Below, piece by piece: positions 20,260 through 29,376 of a DNA stretch of 64,000 bases. The first letter of the stretch is position 1. Every line of letters starts with the position of its first letter. Source of the stretch: a virus (lineage: Duplodnaviria > Caudoviricetes); IMG/VR virus record IMGVR_UViG_3300026077_000001; one strand, written 5' to 3'. The notes beneath the pieces were generated by a model. It saw only the letters and a list, made by a program, of their open reading frames with translations. It had not been told where the DNA came from and ran no database searches. The position numbers and the translations under genes were made by a program.

Positions 20260-20851
20260 AAAGATATATCCTATAGAAATATATGAATGGAATGATTCAT
20301 GGTTGCATGATTGGGTGCATACATGTAATCAGTTGGTTTGGAAAGAAAGAGGGTCAGGTGTACGTAATGCAGGACCTGACCTGCATAAGATGCCTATGTT
20401 TGATTCATTGACACGGTGGTTTAGTGAGTGTCTAAATGATTTACATAAGCAGAAAAATTATGACTGTGGTGGGTTTAAGATAACATCTATGTGGGCTAAC
20501 CATTATAGACCTGGTACTCAACAAGAAGCACACAGACATGCTAATTCATATTGGTCAGCAGTATATTATCTTACAGGTGGTGCTCCTACAGTATTTTATG
20601 ACCCTCTTATGCAGAGGGCATTAGGTCAGTGGGATATACATACCCTACCTATCATCGCACCTGATGGTGCAGTAGATGACAATGGACCTCAAGTCTATCA
20701 ATCGGATGCAAAGAAGGGTAAACTTATCATCTTCCCTTCATGGTTGGTTCACGACACATGTGTGGCCGATATAGATAGATATAGTATAAGCTTTAATGCT
20801 CTTCCATATGGAAAGATTAATCAAGGCATTGCGAATATAGATGTATTATGA
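20249..20851 (+). CDS. 2OG-Fe(II) oxygenase (TIGR02466-like)
   Basis: HRH motif, SAVYY, FPSWLVH and RYSISFN. Confidence 0.8.
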   Translation: MKVRKIYPIEIYEWNDSWLHDWVHTCNQLVWKERGSGVRNAGPDLHKMPMFDSLTRWFSECLNDLHKQKNYDCGGFKITSMWANHYRPGTQQEAHRHANSYWSAVYYLTGGAPTVFYDPLMQRALGQWDIHTLPIIAPDGAVDDNGPQVYQSDAKKGKLIIFPSWLVHDTCVADIDRYSISFNALPYGKINQGIANIDVL

Positions 20852-21528
20852 GACAGAAGTATACTACTGAGAATTTATTTCCTATCAGATGCTTCTCCTT
20901 TAAGGCAGAACCTGAGTTGAATAATAAGACTCTGGAGGCAGCACAGAATGTAGATTATAGGAATTATAATCTCGATGCAAATGGACGTGGTGGTGTTGGT
21001 ACTACTGATGATATTCAAACACTACCTGAGTTTAGAGACATCATGCGTTGGTTTCAACAGTGTGTGGACACACTACACTTTGACAATGGCTGGTGTTGTG
21101 ATAGAATAATAGTTAATAAAGCGTGGTGTAATCAGTCAAGAGGTGGTTCAGGTCACCATCATGACGCTCACAGACACCCAATGTCTTACCTTAGTGGTAT
21201 CTACTACATGACTGAAGGTGCTCCTACTATTTTCTTAGACCCTGTGGATAAGAGAGAGTGGTCATCATTACATCTTGACGGAGGACCTGGATCCGATTGT
21301 AGATTCTTCTATCATGGAGGACCTGGAGGACTTATTATTTTTCCTAGTTGGTTAGTCCATGCTAGTATAGAGAATGTAGATCCTGTTGATAGATTTTCTA
21401 TTGCATTTAATACATTCCCACAAGGTGATGTTAATATGGGTGGTTGGCAACGACCTATGGTTAACATACCAAAGGTACGTGGTTGGGACATCTTAGGTCC
21501 ATTACCCTTGAAGGATTATAAAAAATGA
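20848..21528 (+). CDS. 2OG-Fe(II) oxygenase (TIGR02466-like)
   Basis: HRHPMSYLSGIYY, FPSWLVH and RFSIAFN. Confidence 0.8.
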   Translation: MRQKYTTENLFPIRCFSFKAEPELNNKTLEAAQNVDYRNYNLDANGRGGVGTTDDIQTLPEFRDIMRWFQQCVDTLHFDNGWCCDRIIVNKAWCNQSRGGSGHHHDAHRHPMSYLSGIYYMTEGAPTIFLDPVDKREWSSLHLDGGPGSDCRFFYHGGPGGLIIFPSWLVHASIENVDPVDRFSIAFNTFPQGDVNMGGWQRPMVNIPKVRGWDILGPLPLKDYKK

Positions 21529-21812
21529 TTTTTTGGATTGGATTCACCCTCATGTTTTTTAATGAGGGATTTGTGATGATGCGACATGTATCACCATTCT
21601 TTGCTAGACTTAGAGATAAGGTGATGAAGAAGTTAGGTGATAAGTTGTGGTGGAGACTGCATGGCACCTTAGATTGGTTATGGATATCATTAGTAACTTG
21701 TGGACTAATAGTCAACTCTCATAGAGTTTTACATATAATGGTATTAGCAACCTTCTGGACACTCGCCTGGTTGATATTTTACTTACCTCGGTGGATTACT
21801 AAAAATGATTGA
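21525..21812 (+). CDS. Small His-containing membrane protein (copy 1)
   Basis: Three hydrophobic segments. Paralogue at 52354. Confidence 0.75.
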   Translation: MIFWIGFTLMFFNEGFVMMRHVSPFFARLRDKVMKKLGDKLWWRLHGTLDWLWISLVTCGLIVNSHRVLHIMVLATFWTLAWLIFYLPRWITKND

Positions 21813-22464
21813 AGAGAAAGAACTACATTATTTCCCTGTTAAAATCATGGAGTATACCGACATCGGTCACTCTCCTGAGTGGGTAAAGGAGTTTATTGAG
21901 TGGGCTAAGTTATTCCCTGCTGGTCAGGATAATTTTCCTGAGGGTGTTATCACATCCAAACCTACACTACACAAAGAAAGGATGCATGATTGTGTAGACC
22001 GCATCATGTTATTCTTTGAGGACTGTCTCGACCAATATGTCGAGAAGTTTAAACTTGATTGCGAAAAGTTAGACATTAGTCTATCATGGTTCAATCACGC
22101 ACCTGCACGAACTGGATGGGGACATCCATTACATCGTCATCCTATGGCATATCTCAGTGCTGTATACTACATTACTGATGGTGCTCCTACAATCTTTGAT
22201 GACCCATGTATTCCTAGGACATACAACACTATGGATATCTGGGAAAATGATAAGATGAAGATGGATGGATGGAATCTAGGCATCAATGAAAAGTATGAAG
22301 CCAATCCTGGTAAACTTATATTGTTTCCCAGTTGGTTGAAACATTTCTCTGGTAGACAACTAGAGGATTTTGATAGATGGACTATTAGTTTCAATGCATT
22401 TCCTTCTGGAAAGATTAATCAAGGTCCACATGGCATGCCACAACTTAACTTAGAAGTATTATGA
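21805..22464 (+). CDS. 2OG-Fe(II) oxygenase (TIGR02466-like)
   Basis: HRHPMAYLSAVYY, FPSWLKH and RWTISFN. Confidence 0.8.
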   Translation: MIEEKELHYFPVKIMEYTDIGHSPEWVKEFIEWAKLFPAGQDNFPEGVITSKPTLHKERMHDCVDRIMLFFEDCLDQYVEKFKLDCEKLDISLSWFNHAPARTGWGHPLHRHPMAYLSAVYYITDGAPTIFDDPCIPRTYNTMDIWENDKMKMDGWNLGINEKYEANPGKLILFPSWLKHFSGRQLEDFDRWTISFNAFPSGKINQGPHGMPQLNLEVL

Positions 22465-23303
22465 AGTATTTGAAGACACCACTCCGTTATCCTGGTGGAA
22501 AATCAAGGGTAGCAAAAGATTTTATTCCACGTTTCCCTAATGATATTAAAGAGTATCGTGAACCATTCGTGGGTGGTGCTTCGGTAGCACTTCTATTCAC
22601 TCAGAAGTATCCTGATGTACCTGTGTGGATTAATGACAAGTATACTTACCTCTATAACTTCTGGGTGCAACTACAGAAGAGAGGTGATGAACTGAGTGAC
22701 GCATTGCGTGAGTATAAGATAGACCATAGCTCAGAGGATAAGGCCAAGGAGTTGTTTAAGGCATCTAAGGAGAATATTAAGACAGAGGAAGATGATTTTG
22801 AGAGAGCATGTCTCTTCTGGATTCTGAATAAGTGTAGTTACTCTGGACTGACAGAGAATAGTTCCTTCAGTGCTACTGCATCACGTCAGAATTTTACTAC
22901 TCGTGGAGCATCAGGTCTTAAGTTTATCTCTAGTCTGATTCAAGACTGGAAGATTACTAACCTTGATTACTCTGAGGTGATGAGTGCTCCTGGTGATGGC
23001 ACATTCATCTACCTAGACCCACCATATCAGATTGGTGTGTATCTCTATGGTAGTAATGCTGAATTGCATAAGTCATTCAACCATGAGGAGTTTGTTAAGG
23101 CATGTGAGGATTGCAAACATGATTGGTTTGTAACTTACAATAACTCTGATACCTTAAAGGAAGCGTATAGTAACTTCCATCAAGAAGAATTTAAAATTAC
23201 CTATGGTATGAAGCATAGGCCAGATAATAAAATGAAGAAGGAGTTACTTGTATGTAACTACGATATTAATCGCACTCCTTTGGAAGCATTATATGGGACA
23301 TGA
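22461..23303 (+). CDS. dam: DNA adenine methyltransferase (D12 class)
   Basis: Motifs LRYPGGKS, EPFVGG and YLDPPY. Confidence 0.92.
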   Translation: MKYLKTPLRYPGGKSRVAKDFIPRFPNDIKEYREPFVGGASVALLFTQKYPDVPVWINDKYTYLYNFWVQLQKRGDELSDALREYKIDHSSEDKAKELFKASKENIKTEEDDFERACLFWILNKCSYSGLTENSSFSATASRQNFTTRGASGLKFISSLIQDWKITNLDYSEVMSAPGDGTFIYLDPPYQIGVYLYGSNAELHKSFNHEEFVKACEDCKHDWFVTYNNSDTLKEAYSNFHQEEFKITYGMKHRPDNKMKKELLVCNYDINRTPLEALYGT

Positions 23304-23940
23304 TAATCTAACACAAGAGTGTGGGGTTAAGGGTGGTGTCATGAATGTACCACTCATAATGTTTGACAATTTCTATAAAGACCCTGATAAGATTAGGGAG
23401 TATGCATTGAGTTTAGACTACGATGTTAAGGGTCATTACCCTGGATCTAGGACTAAACCTCTTAATGAACTAGACCAAGGAATGTTTGAGCAGATGAGTC
23501 TGAAGTTTCTATCCCTCATGACGGATGTTACTACTGGATTTACTGGCACAATTCTCACTCAGTTTCAAAAGATACCACCTATAGATAAAGGTAGTCCATT
23601 TGATAGAGGTTTAATTCATAATGACACTGGTTGTTTCTGTGCTGGCGTGGTATACCTTAATCCTAACCCTGATGATGGGAGTGGTACCTCTCTTTATAAA
23701 TTAGTACCAGATGAGTTTGAAGAGAATCAGTCATATGAAGCACACAATGCACAGTTTAAAACTAGCGTAGAGATTAAAAACGTGTATAATAGATGTATCG
23801 TGTATGATGCTATGGAATGGCATGGACATACAAGTCGATACCAAGAGGGAGAAGACAGGTTAACACAAGTTTTCTTTGTCCAAACCTTCTCTGTTGATGA
23901 AAGAATTGCTTCTAAGAGGTGCTACTCCTATGACATCTAA
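23293..23940 (+). CDS. 2OG-Fe(II) oxygenase-like protein
   Basis: DNFY.DPD, IHND, AGVVYL, WHGH and RLTQVFF. Confidence 0.7.
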   Translation: MGHDNLTQECGVKGGVMNVPLIMFDNFYKDPDKIREYALSLDYDVKGHYPGSRTKPLNELDQGMFEQMSLKFLSLMTDVTTGFTGTILTQFQKIPPIDKGSPFDRGLIHNDTGCFCAGVVYLNPNPDDGSGTSLYKLVPDEFEENQSYEAHNAQFKTSVEIKNVYNRCIVYDAMEWHGHTSRYQEGEDRLTQVFFVQTFSVDERIASKRCYSYDI

Positions 23941-24325
23941 ACATGAATATCCTTTGAAGGATTACCTTAATAGTATCAACCTTAAGACAATGGATATGTC
24001 TGAGGATGAGAGGGCAATGAAGAAGTACCCTGCTTATGTAATTAACAAGTGTCTCAGTGGGTTTGTAGACACAGTAATGCTTGCTAATTATATGAATGCA
24101 TCAGCACATTTAGATAACGACCTTCAGTATCAATATTATATACATAGTGTTAGGAAATCTAAGCGATTTTCTCCTTGGGATAAGAAGTCTAAAGACTGTG
24201 ACCTCGACTTAGTGAAAAGATACTATGGATATAACACTGAGAAAGCTCAGCAAGCGAAAAGAATTTTGACTCAAGATCAAATTGAAGTTATTAAATCTAA
24301 ATTAGATACTGGAGGAAGACAATGA
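23930..24325 (+). CDS. g62: Clamp loader small subunit gp62
   Basis: Motifs LKDYLNSIN, YPAYVINKCLS and VKRYYGYN. Lies upstream of regA. Confidence 0.92.
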   Translation: MTSKHEYPLKDYLNSINLKTMDMSEDERAMKKYPAYVINKCLSGFVDTVMLANYMNASAHLDNDLQYQYYIHSVRKSKRFSPWDKKSKDCDLDLVKRYYGYNTEKAQQAKRILTQDQIEVIKSKLDTGGRQ

Positions 24326-24741
24326 GTGATGAGATCTCGTGGTCTCAAGACATGATGCTAGAAGTTACCCTAAAGGAACCAGATGACTTTCTCAAAGTGA
24401 GGGAGACATTGACTCGTATAGGTGTAGCATCTCGTAAGGAGCGTAAGCTGTATCAGTCTTGTCACATTCTACATAAACGTGGTAAGTATTACATCGTACA
24501 CTTTAAAGAGTTGTTTGCTCTTGATGGTAAGCCTACCAACATCACATCTAATGATGTACAACGTCGCAATCGTATCGCTAAACTACTGTCAGACTGGGGT
24601 CTTGTAGAGATAGTGAATGAATCAGAAGACTTAGCACCTCTTAACCAAATAAAAGTTTTATCCTTTAAAGATAAAGGTGAATGGACACTAGAGTCCAAAT
24701 ATAATATTGGTAAAAAGAAAACACCACAGGAGGTGACTTAG
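24322..24741 (+). CDS. regA: Translational repressor RegA
   Basis: DFLKVRETLTRIG, LYQSCHILHKRG and YIVHFKELF. Confidence 0.97.
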   Translation: MSDEISWSQDMMLEVTLKEPDDFLKVRETLTRIGVASRKERKLYQSCHILHKRGKYYIVHFKELFALDGKPTNITSNDVQRRNRIAKLLSDWGLVEIVNESEDLAPLNQIKVLSFKDKGEWTLESKYNIGKKKTPQEVT

Positions 24742-24742
24742 T

Positions 24743-25153
24743 ATGACTAAGGAAAAAGAAGAAGACTTGACAAAGAAGGGAGTCTTCGGTAAGATAAAGG
24801 ACAAGATCCTACCAGATGAGGACGAGCAAGCTGCAATCATATCTACTTTTGTGAGACTTGGTGTACTTGTTTGGAGTGGTGGAATATTGACGTTAAACTA
24901 CGTCGCTATCCCAGGAGTACCACAACAGAAAATTGATCCGACTTTCATAGCTTCAGTTTTTACAGGGGTTTTGGCGAGTTTTGGGATTCAAACTGCTTCT
25001 AAAAAGGGTGATGGTACCATGAAGATGAATGGTAATGGTACTACTGGTAACGGTAATGGTGGAACAGTTCAGACAATTAAGATTGAGCAGATGCCACTAA
25101 AGATTATCGCTGCTGATATTCCTCCTACATTAGATCCAAAGAAGGACGTGTAG
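24743..25153 (+). CDS. Hypothetical two-TM membrane protein
   Basis: Two hydrophobic helices around [13 protein letters not shown]. Confidence 0.75.
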   Translation: MTKEKEEDLTKKGVFGKIKDKILPDEDEQAAIISTFVRLGVLVWSGGILTLNYVAIPGVPQQKIDPTFIASVFTGVLASFGIQTASKKGDGTMKMNGNGTTGNGNGGTVQTIKIEQMPLKIIAADIPPTLDPKKDV

Positions 25154-25191
25154 TACTATACATATTATTGTTAATTGTGATACACCATATA

Positions 25192-25488
25192 GTGTCTTAT
25201 TCAGTAACTCTTAAATCACCTGACGGTAGCACCAACACTTTTGAATGTGGTGCTGACGAATACATCCTTGACAAAGCAGAGGAAGAGGGGTATGATATAC
25301 CATTCTCTTGTCGTGCTGGAGCTTGCTCAACTTGTGCAGGCAAAATTGTATCAGGGACAGTAAATCAAGAAGACCAATCCTTTTTGGATGAGGAGCAACT
25401 TGAAGCAGGTTTTGTGCTAACATGTGTAGCATACCCAACCTCTGACCTGGTTATCGAAACAGAGCAGGAAGAGAATTTATATAACTAA
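25192..25488 (+). CDS. petF: Plant-type [2Fe-2S] ferredoxin (copy 1)
   Basis: [15 protein letters not shown]...[11 protein letters not shown] start. Confidence 0.97.
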   Translation: MSYSVTLKSPDGSTNTFECGADEYILDKAEEEGYDIPFSCRAGACSTCAGKIVSGTVNQEDQSFLDEEQLEAGFVLTCVAYPTSDLVIETEQEENLYN

Positions 25489-25499
25489 AGGAAACTAAA

Positions 25500-25787
25500 A
25501 TGCAAAAAGTTATCAATGTCATTGCTATTGCGTCTGGCGTTGTATCTCTTACCGTTATTGGCGTTAGCGGTTACGTTTATGTACAAAGGGATGCAATCCT
25601 AGATGGAGTAAAATCTAAAGTCCAAGAAGCAGTCATGGGATCACTAGGTGGATTCGGTGGTACTGGTGCTCTTGAGGGTATTGGTGGAGGTGCTGGCGGT
25701 GCAGTCGGTGACTTCGTTCAACCAACTACCCCTAGTGCATCTGCCCCAGAAGCACCTACTCCTGACTTCGGCACAGTACAACTCTAA
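25500..25787 (+). CDS. Hypothetical protein with N-terminal TM and Gly/Pro-rich tail
   Basis: ORF from the track with a hydrophobic N-terminus. Confidence 0.72.
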   Translation: MQKVINVIAIASGVVSLTVIGVSGYVYVQRDAILDGVKSKVQEAVMGSLGGFGGTGALEGIGGGAGGAVGDFVQPTTPSASAPEAPTPDFGTVQL

Positions 25788-26281
25788 TGATTGAGTTGTT
25801 GGAGAATCCATGCACACCAGAGTATAGAGATTTTAAATCTCTGGTGTTGTCTGATGATTTTCCGTGGTTCTATGAGAAGAATCCAAAGGATAACTTCTCA
25901 TTCTACTCACACGTATTAATAGAGAGACCTCATGATGCTAGAAGGTATCCTATTTCTACATCTCAGTTTACAGACTTAGCAAATGATGTCTTCAACGACA
26001 TCATTAACTATAATAATCTTCAAGTAGATTGCATATATAGAATGAATATTAATGCAGTGCATCCTTGGTTTTATAATCCAGATACTACTGCAACTCATTT
26101 AGACCACGACTTTCCACACAAGAATTTTTTACTTTACCTCACTGATGCAGGTGGGGATACTATATGTGAAGGTCAGTGTCATGAACCTATTGAAGACGAT
26201 GCTATTATATTTGAAGGTGAGCATTGTCATAGGTTTCCTCTTAGAGATAGGAGGGTAGTACTAGTAGCAACTTACAACTAA
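25787..26281 (+). CDS. 2OG-Fe(II) oxygenase-like protein
   Basis: HLDHDFPH, FLLYLTDAGGDT, EHCH and RRVVLV. Confidence 0.68.
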   Translation: MIELLENPCTPEYRDFKSLVLSDDFPWFYEKNPKDNFSFYSHVLIERPHDARRYPISTSQFTDLANDVFNDIINYNNLQVDCIYRMNINAVHPWFYNPDTTATHLDHDFPHKNFLLYLTDAGGDTICEGQCHEPIEDDAIIFEGEHCHRFPLRDRRVVLVATYN

Positions 26282-26541
26282 TGGATTTCCAGAAAGTAAC
26301 AACAGGAGTAACAGCAGCAGCAGTTATAGGTACTGGTGCTACCGTTGGAGTTAACCATCAGATTGATAAGATGAATGACGGTCCTAAGAGGAGACAGGAT
26401 GCTCAGATAGAAGCAATTAGAGAAGTAGTAAGAGAAGAAGTATATCTACAGATTAAAAACGCATGGCCGAAGACATCAGGTCCTGTTAAAGGTCTTATAA
26501 ATCCTACAGCAGATTATAAACAAGAGGTACCCAAGCGGTGA
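26281..26541 (+). CDS. Hypothetical protein
   Basis: ORF coupled to its neighbours, with a hydrophobic N-terminus. Confidence 0.7.
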   Translation: MDFQKVTTGVTAAAVIGTGATVGVNHQIDKMNDGPKRRQDAQIEAIREVVREEVYLQIKNAWPKTSGPVKGLINPTADYKQEVPKR

Positions 26542-27416
26542 CAATACCTAACATTGCTGTACCTGATACTGCTGTACAACCTATTGTAATTAATGCTACA
26601 GGTATCAGGGATATTCGTAATGTCTGGACATGGAGGACAGGTATAAACAATATTCAGATAGCAGAGCTACGCCCTTGGGAGACAACCTCTTCAGTAATTA
26701 CACCTTTAGTACCACCCGTAGTGTTAAGTATCGGTCAACCTATTGTTGACATGCCTGGGTGTGTTAAGGTACATAAGGAGAATGCTAAGAGAGATCCATC
26801 TCGTAATAAGAATTTAGTTAATGATGACCCTAAAGGTAATGTAGTATTATGTGACTCAGGTATGCCATACTATGAGCCACCTAACTATGATGCTAGGGAG
26901 TTAACATGGCAGACAGTATATCAACCACAGGAAGAGGTTGAGGAAGGAGTAGATGTGGGTGATGTAGAGACAGATTTTGAGACACCATCACCACCTGAGA
27001 TACCACCTGAGACTGATGGCACAATAGAGTGTCCTCCACCCAATGCAAGACGCATAGGTGATAGGAATCAGAAGGGTGATGAGCAAGTAAAAGAATATAA
27101 ACTAACACCTGATGGTAAGATCTGTGAGACCATTTGGGAACCAGTACCACCAGTGGAACAGTTTCTACCTACCGTAGGTACAGTAACAACCACAGCAGTC
27201 ATAGCAACAGTCGCAACTACCTCTGCTTTATTTGCAAAACCACTGGCAGATCTCCTATTAAAGGTGATCAAACCAGTGGTTAAGAAGGTTATGACTAAGG
27301 TTAATTCTATTCTTGGTCGTCAGACTCGGAGACCGTCCCGATCTGAAGTGTTGGCAGACCAGTACCGTTTGAAGAAGGGGTTACTTCCACTGAAGAAGAC
27401 TCTGAAGAAGAAGTAG
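26538..27416 (+). CDS. Hypothetical Pro/Cys-containing protein with C-terminal membrane segment and basic tail
   Basis: GCVKVH, LCDSG, CPPP...ICE, then TTAVIATVATTSALF. Confidence 0.78.
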   Translation: MTIPNIAVPDTAVQPIVINATGIRDIRNVWTWRTGINNIQIAELRPWETTSSVITPLVPPVVLSIGQPIVDMPGCVKVHKENAKRDPSRNKNLVNDDPKGNVVLCDSGMPYYEPPNYDARELTWQTVYQPQEEVEEGVDVGDVETDFETPSPPEIPPETDGTIECPPPNARRIGDRNQKGDEQVKEYKLTPDGKICETIWEPVPPVEQFLPTVGTVTTTAVIATVATTSALFAKPLADLLLKVIKPVVKKVMTKVNSILGRQTRRPSRSEVLADQYRLKKGLLPLKKTLKKK

Positions 27417-28251
27417 TAGGTTGAGTCCACTTAGGTTGAGGTAACTGATGCTCGTGTGGAATTATCTGACCACCTGCTGCTGTTACTACAACGTCGGCAC
27501 AAACAGAATGATAAGGACTTGCTGGATGGAAAAATATACCAGCTTTTTTTAATTCTCCACAATTTTTTAACCTAGCTAATTCAAAGTCTAGCCGTTTATT
27601 AGATACTAATTGTTGTTGCATCTCTATCTGAGCAGCAGCTGCCTGATGGCACTGCTTAACTAACTTCCTGTTCAATGGTATAGACAGAGTAGCAGAGAGA
27701 CCTAGGTTTAATGACTGGTTAGCAGACATGTCAGTCCTAACTGGTTTGTACCATGTAGGAGTCATCTTACCACCAGTATTAACTACGTCTGGCACACCAT
27801 CTGGACCATCTATATCCATCTCTATCTGTATATCAGCACCATCTTCAAACCATCTACTACCATCTGCCTTAGTCCTTGTGTCATACCATGACTCCCAAGG
27901 ATAGTTTTTAACAGTGACAGTCTGTTTAGTAGTCTTACCACTGGCATCTGTCAGATTATATTGTGGTTCATCAAAGAAATCGACCCAAGGATCTTTCCGA
28001 GAGTCGGCAAATTGTACATAAGGAGTCACATTAAAGGTACTACCTTGACACTGGACACCACCACCATAGGTGTTGGTTATGTATGGACCTTGTAAAACTT
28101 GTATTGCCTGGTTGGTTACTGAGCCAGAACTATTGGCGATAGGGTTCGCTGTTGCTGATACACCACCCACCTCTGCTCTTGCAGGTAAAGTTTGCACACT
28201 GAGAAGTGCTGCAATTACTGGGTAAACGTACTTGTTGTGTCTGTTACGGAT
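27307..28251 (-). CDS. Hypothetical secreted protein (start uncertain)
   Basis: Signal-peptide-like KYVYPVIAALLSVQTLPARA followed by EVGGVSATANPIANSSG. Contains Cys pairs and a coiled coil. Confidence 0.75.
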   Translation of the reverse strand: MRNRHNKYVYPVIAALLSVQTLPARAEVGGVSATANPIANSSGSVTNQAIQVLQGPYITNTYGGGVQCQGSTFNVTPYVQFADSRKDPWVDFFDEPQYNLTDASGKTTKQTVTVKNYPWESWYDTRTKADGSRWFEDGADIQIEMDIDGPDGVPDVVNTGGKMTPTWYKPVRTDMSANQSLNLGLSATLSIPLNRKLVKQCHQAAAAQIEMQQQLVSNKRLDFELARLKNCGELKKAGIFFHPASPYHSVCADVVVTAAGGQIIPHEHQLPQPKWTQPTTSSSESSSVEVTPSSNGTGLPTLQIGTVSESDDQE

Positions 28252-28697
28252 TTTACGGTGGTGACTCTTTGTATTAGGGTCTGGTTGGTGACCCCTGGTC
28301 CTTGATAGCTTTGTACGAATTGGAAGGCTTCCCCTGGAGTCGTTATCGTAAACGTCCCTGTCGTGTTGAAGTTCAAGTTGTCGTATTGAGAGGTGACTGA
28401 GCCTTGTATTGCTCCGTCCCCTGACCCTACCGTTGGTGTTACTGTTACTGTTGATGTATTCACGTTGGGGTTTAGTGCTGCTCCATCGTTTGAAACGCCT
28501 ACCCCACTCACTGTGTATTCCCATCCTGTCCTCATGTCAATCGAATTTATGGTCTCCGTAATCGTAGACTCAGTTTCCGTGTGGCTCGTCATCGAGCCTT
28601 GTTGGAAGTTTGGTACCACTGGGACCGCCAGGGCAGGTGCAGCAACGACACTTGCACTTACCACAGCAGTCACATATAGGGCAATCCTCTTCTTCAT
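28215..28697 (-). CDS. Hypothetical secreted Thr/Ser-rich protein
   Basis: Signal peptide MKKRIAL...ALA followed by VPVVPNFQQG. Confidence 0.8.
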   Translation of the reverse strand: MKKRIALYVTAVVSASVVAAPALAVPVVPNFQQGSMTSHTETESTITETINSIDMRTGWEYTVSGVGVSNDGAALNPNVNTSTVTVTPTVGSGDGAIQGSVTSQYDNLNFNTTGTFTITTPGEAFQFVQSYQGPGVTNQTLIQRVTTVKSVTDTTSTFTQ

Positions 28698-28708
28698 TAT
28701 GTAGCATC

Positions 28709-29218
28709 CTAGCGAATGGTAACCTCTGTAACGAATTGTCCCGTAGCCGATGTACCAGAACCTCCAGCTGTTAGAGTCATGGCACCTGAACTTAAAATAG
28801 TTCCAGCCAAGGAACCAGCGGTACCAGGGGCAGTGGAGACTACATTACTATAACCAAGCACGTCACCTACGTCCGCAGCAGTGGTCACAATAGCATCACC
28901 AGTAGTTATATTTTGTGTAAAACTATATGCATTTCCTTGGGTTGTCTGTGCTACGTCAGGCAGGGCAAAAGTTGCTACACCTGCTGTGCTGACAGCAGAG
29001 ATGCCACCCAGATCACTAGCTGCACTACCACCAGAAGGTGTAATAGTTGTGCTGACACCAGATCCACTGGTGCTATATGAATTACCTGCTCTTGACACTG
29101 AAGTATAACCCGCATCTACTTGGAGTTGCGTAGAGCTACTAAGTCTATGAGTCAGGTCGGCACGAGCTGCTGTGCCACTCATCAAAATCATACCAAAAAG
29201 CAAGAATGCTTTTTTCAT
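28709..29218 (-). CDS. Hypothetical secreted Ser/Thr/Gly-rich protein
   Basis: Signal peptide MKKAFLLF...ARA followed by DLTH. Confidence 0.8.
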   Translation of the reverse strand: MKKAFLLFGMILMSGTAARADLTHRLSSSTQLQVDAGYTSVSRAGNSYSTSGSGVSTTITPSGGSAASDLGGISAVSTAGVATFALPDVAQTTQGNAYSFTQNITTGDAIVTTAADVGDVLGYSNVVSTAPGTAGSLAGTILSSGAMTLTAGGSGTSATGQFVTEVTIR

Positions 29219-29240
29219 TATTCCTAAGTAGAAGTACTTC

Positions 29241-29246
29241 TATTTA
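29241..29246 (-). promoter_or_regulatory. Late promoter for the minus-strand trio
   Basis: TATTTA on the plus strand is TAAATA on the minus strand, about 22 nt upstream of the ATG at 29218. Confidence 0.6.
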
Positions 29247-29313
29247 GCAAAAACCGTACTGTAACAAATGTACTATTTCGGATACCCCTACTGCTAGTGG
29301 CCAAGGTGTGTGC

Positions 29314-29376
29314 TATAAATATATGTGGATGCCGAAAGGATCCACATAACACAAACTCGCTTACAAAGGAGCTATT
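29314..29376 (+). promoter_or_regulatory. Late promoter and structured 5' leader of hsp20 (ROSE-like)
   Basis: TATAAATA, then hairpin TATGTGGAT-G-CC-GAAA-GG-ATCCACATA, then CTCGCTT able to pair with the SD AAGGAG. Confidence 0.65.

Noticed and set aside
28252-28524. N-terminal 90 aa (MGIHSEW...) of the 405-aa minus-strand ORF
   Set aside because: It overlaps the upstream gene in another frame and precedes a signal-peptide-like segment, so it is unlikely to be translated as annotated.
29256-29276. GTAACAAATGTAC as an NtcA box, or an HLR1 box, between the divergent late promoters
   Set aside because: The spacing is GTA-N7-TAC rather than N8, and the second HLR1 half-site is poor.
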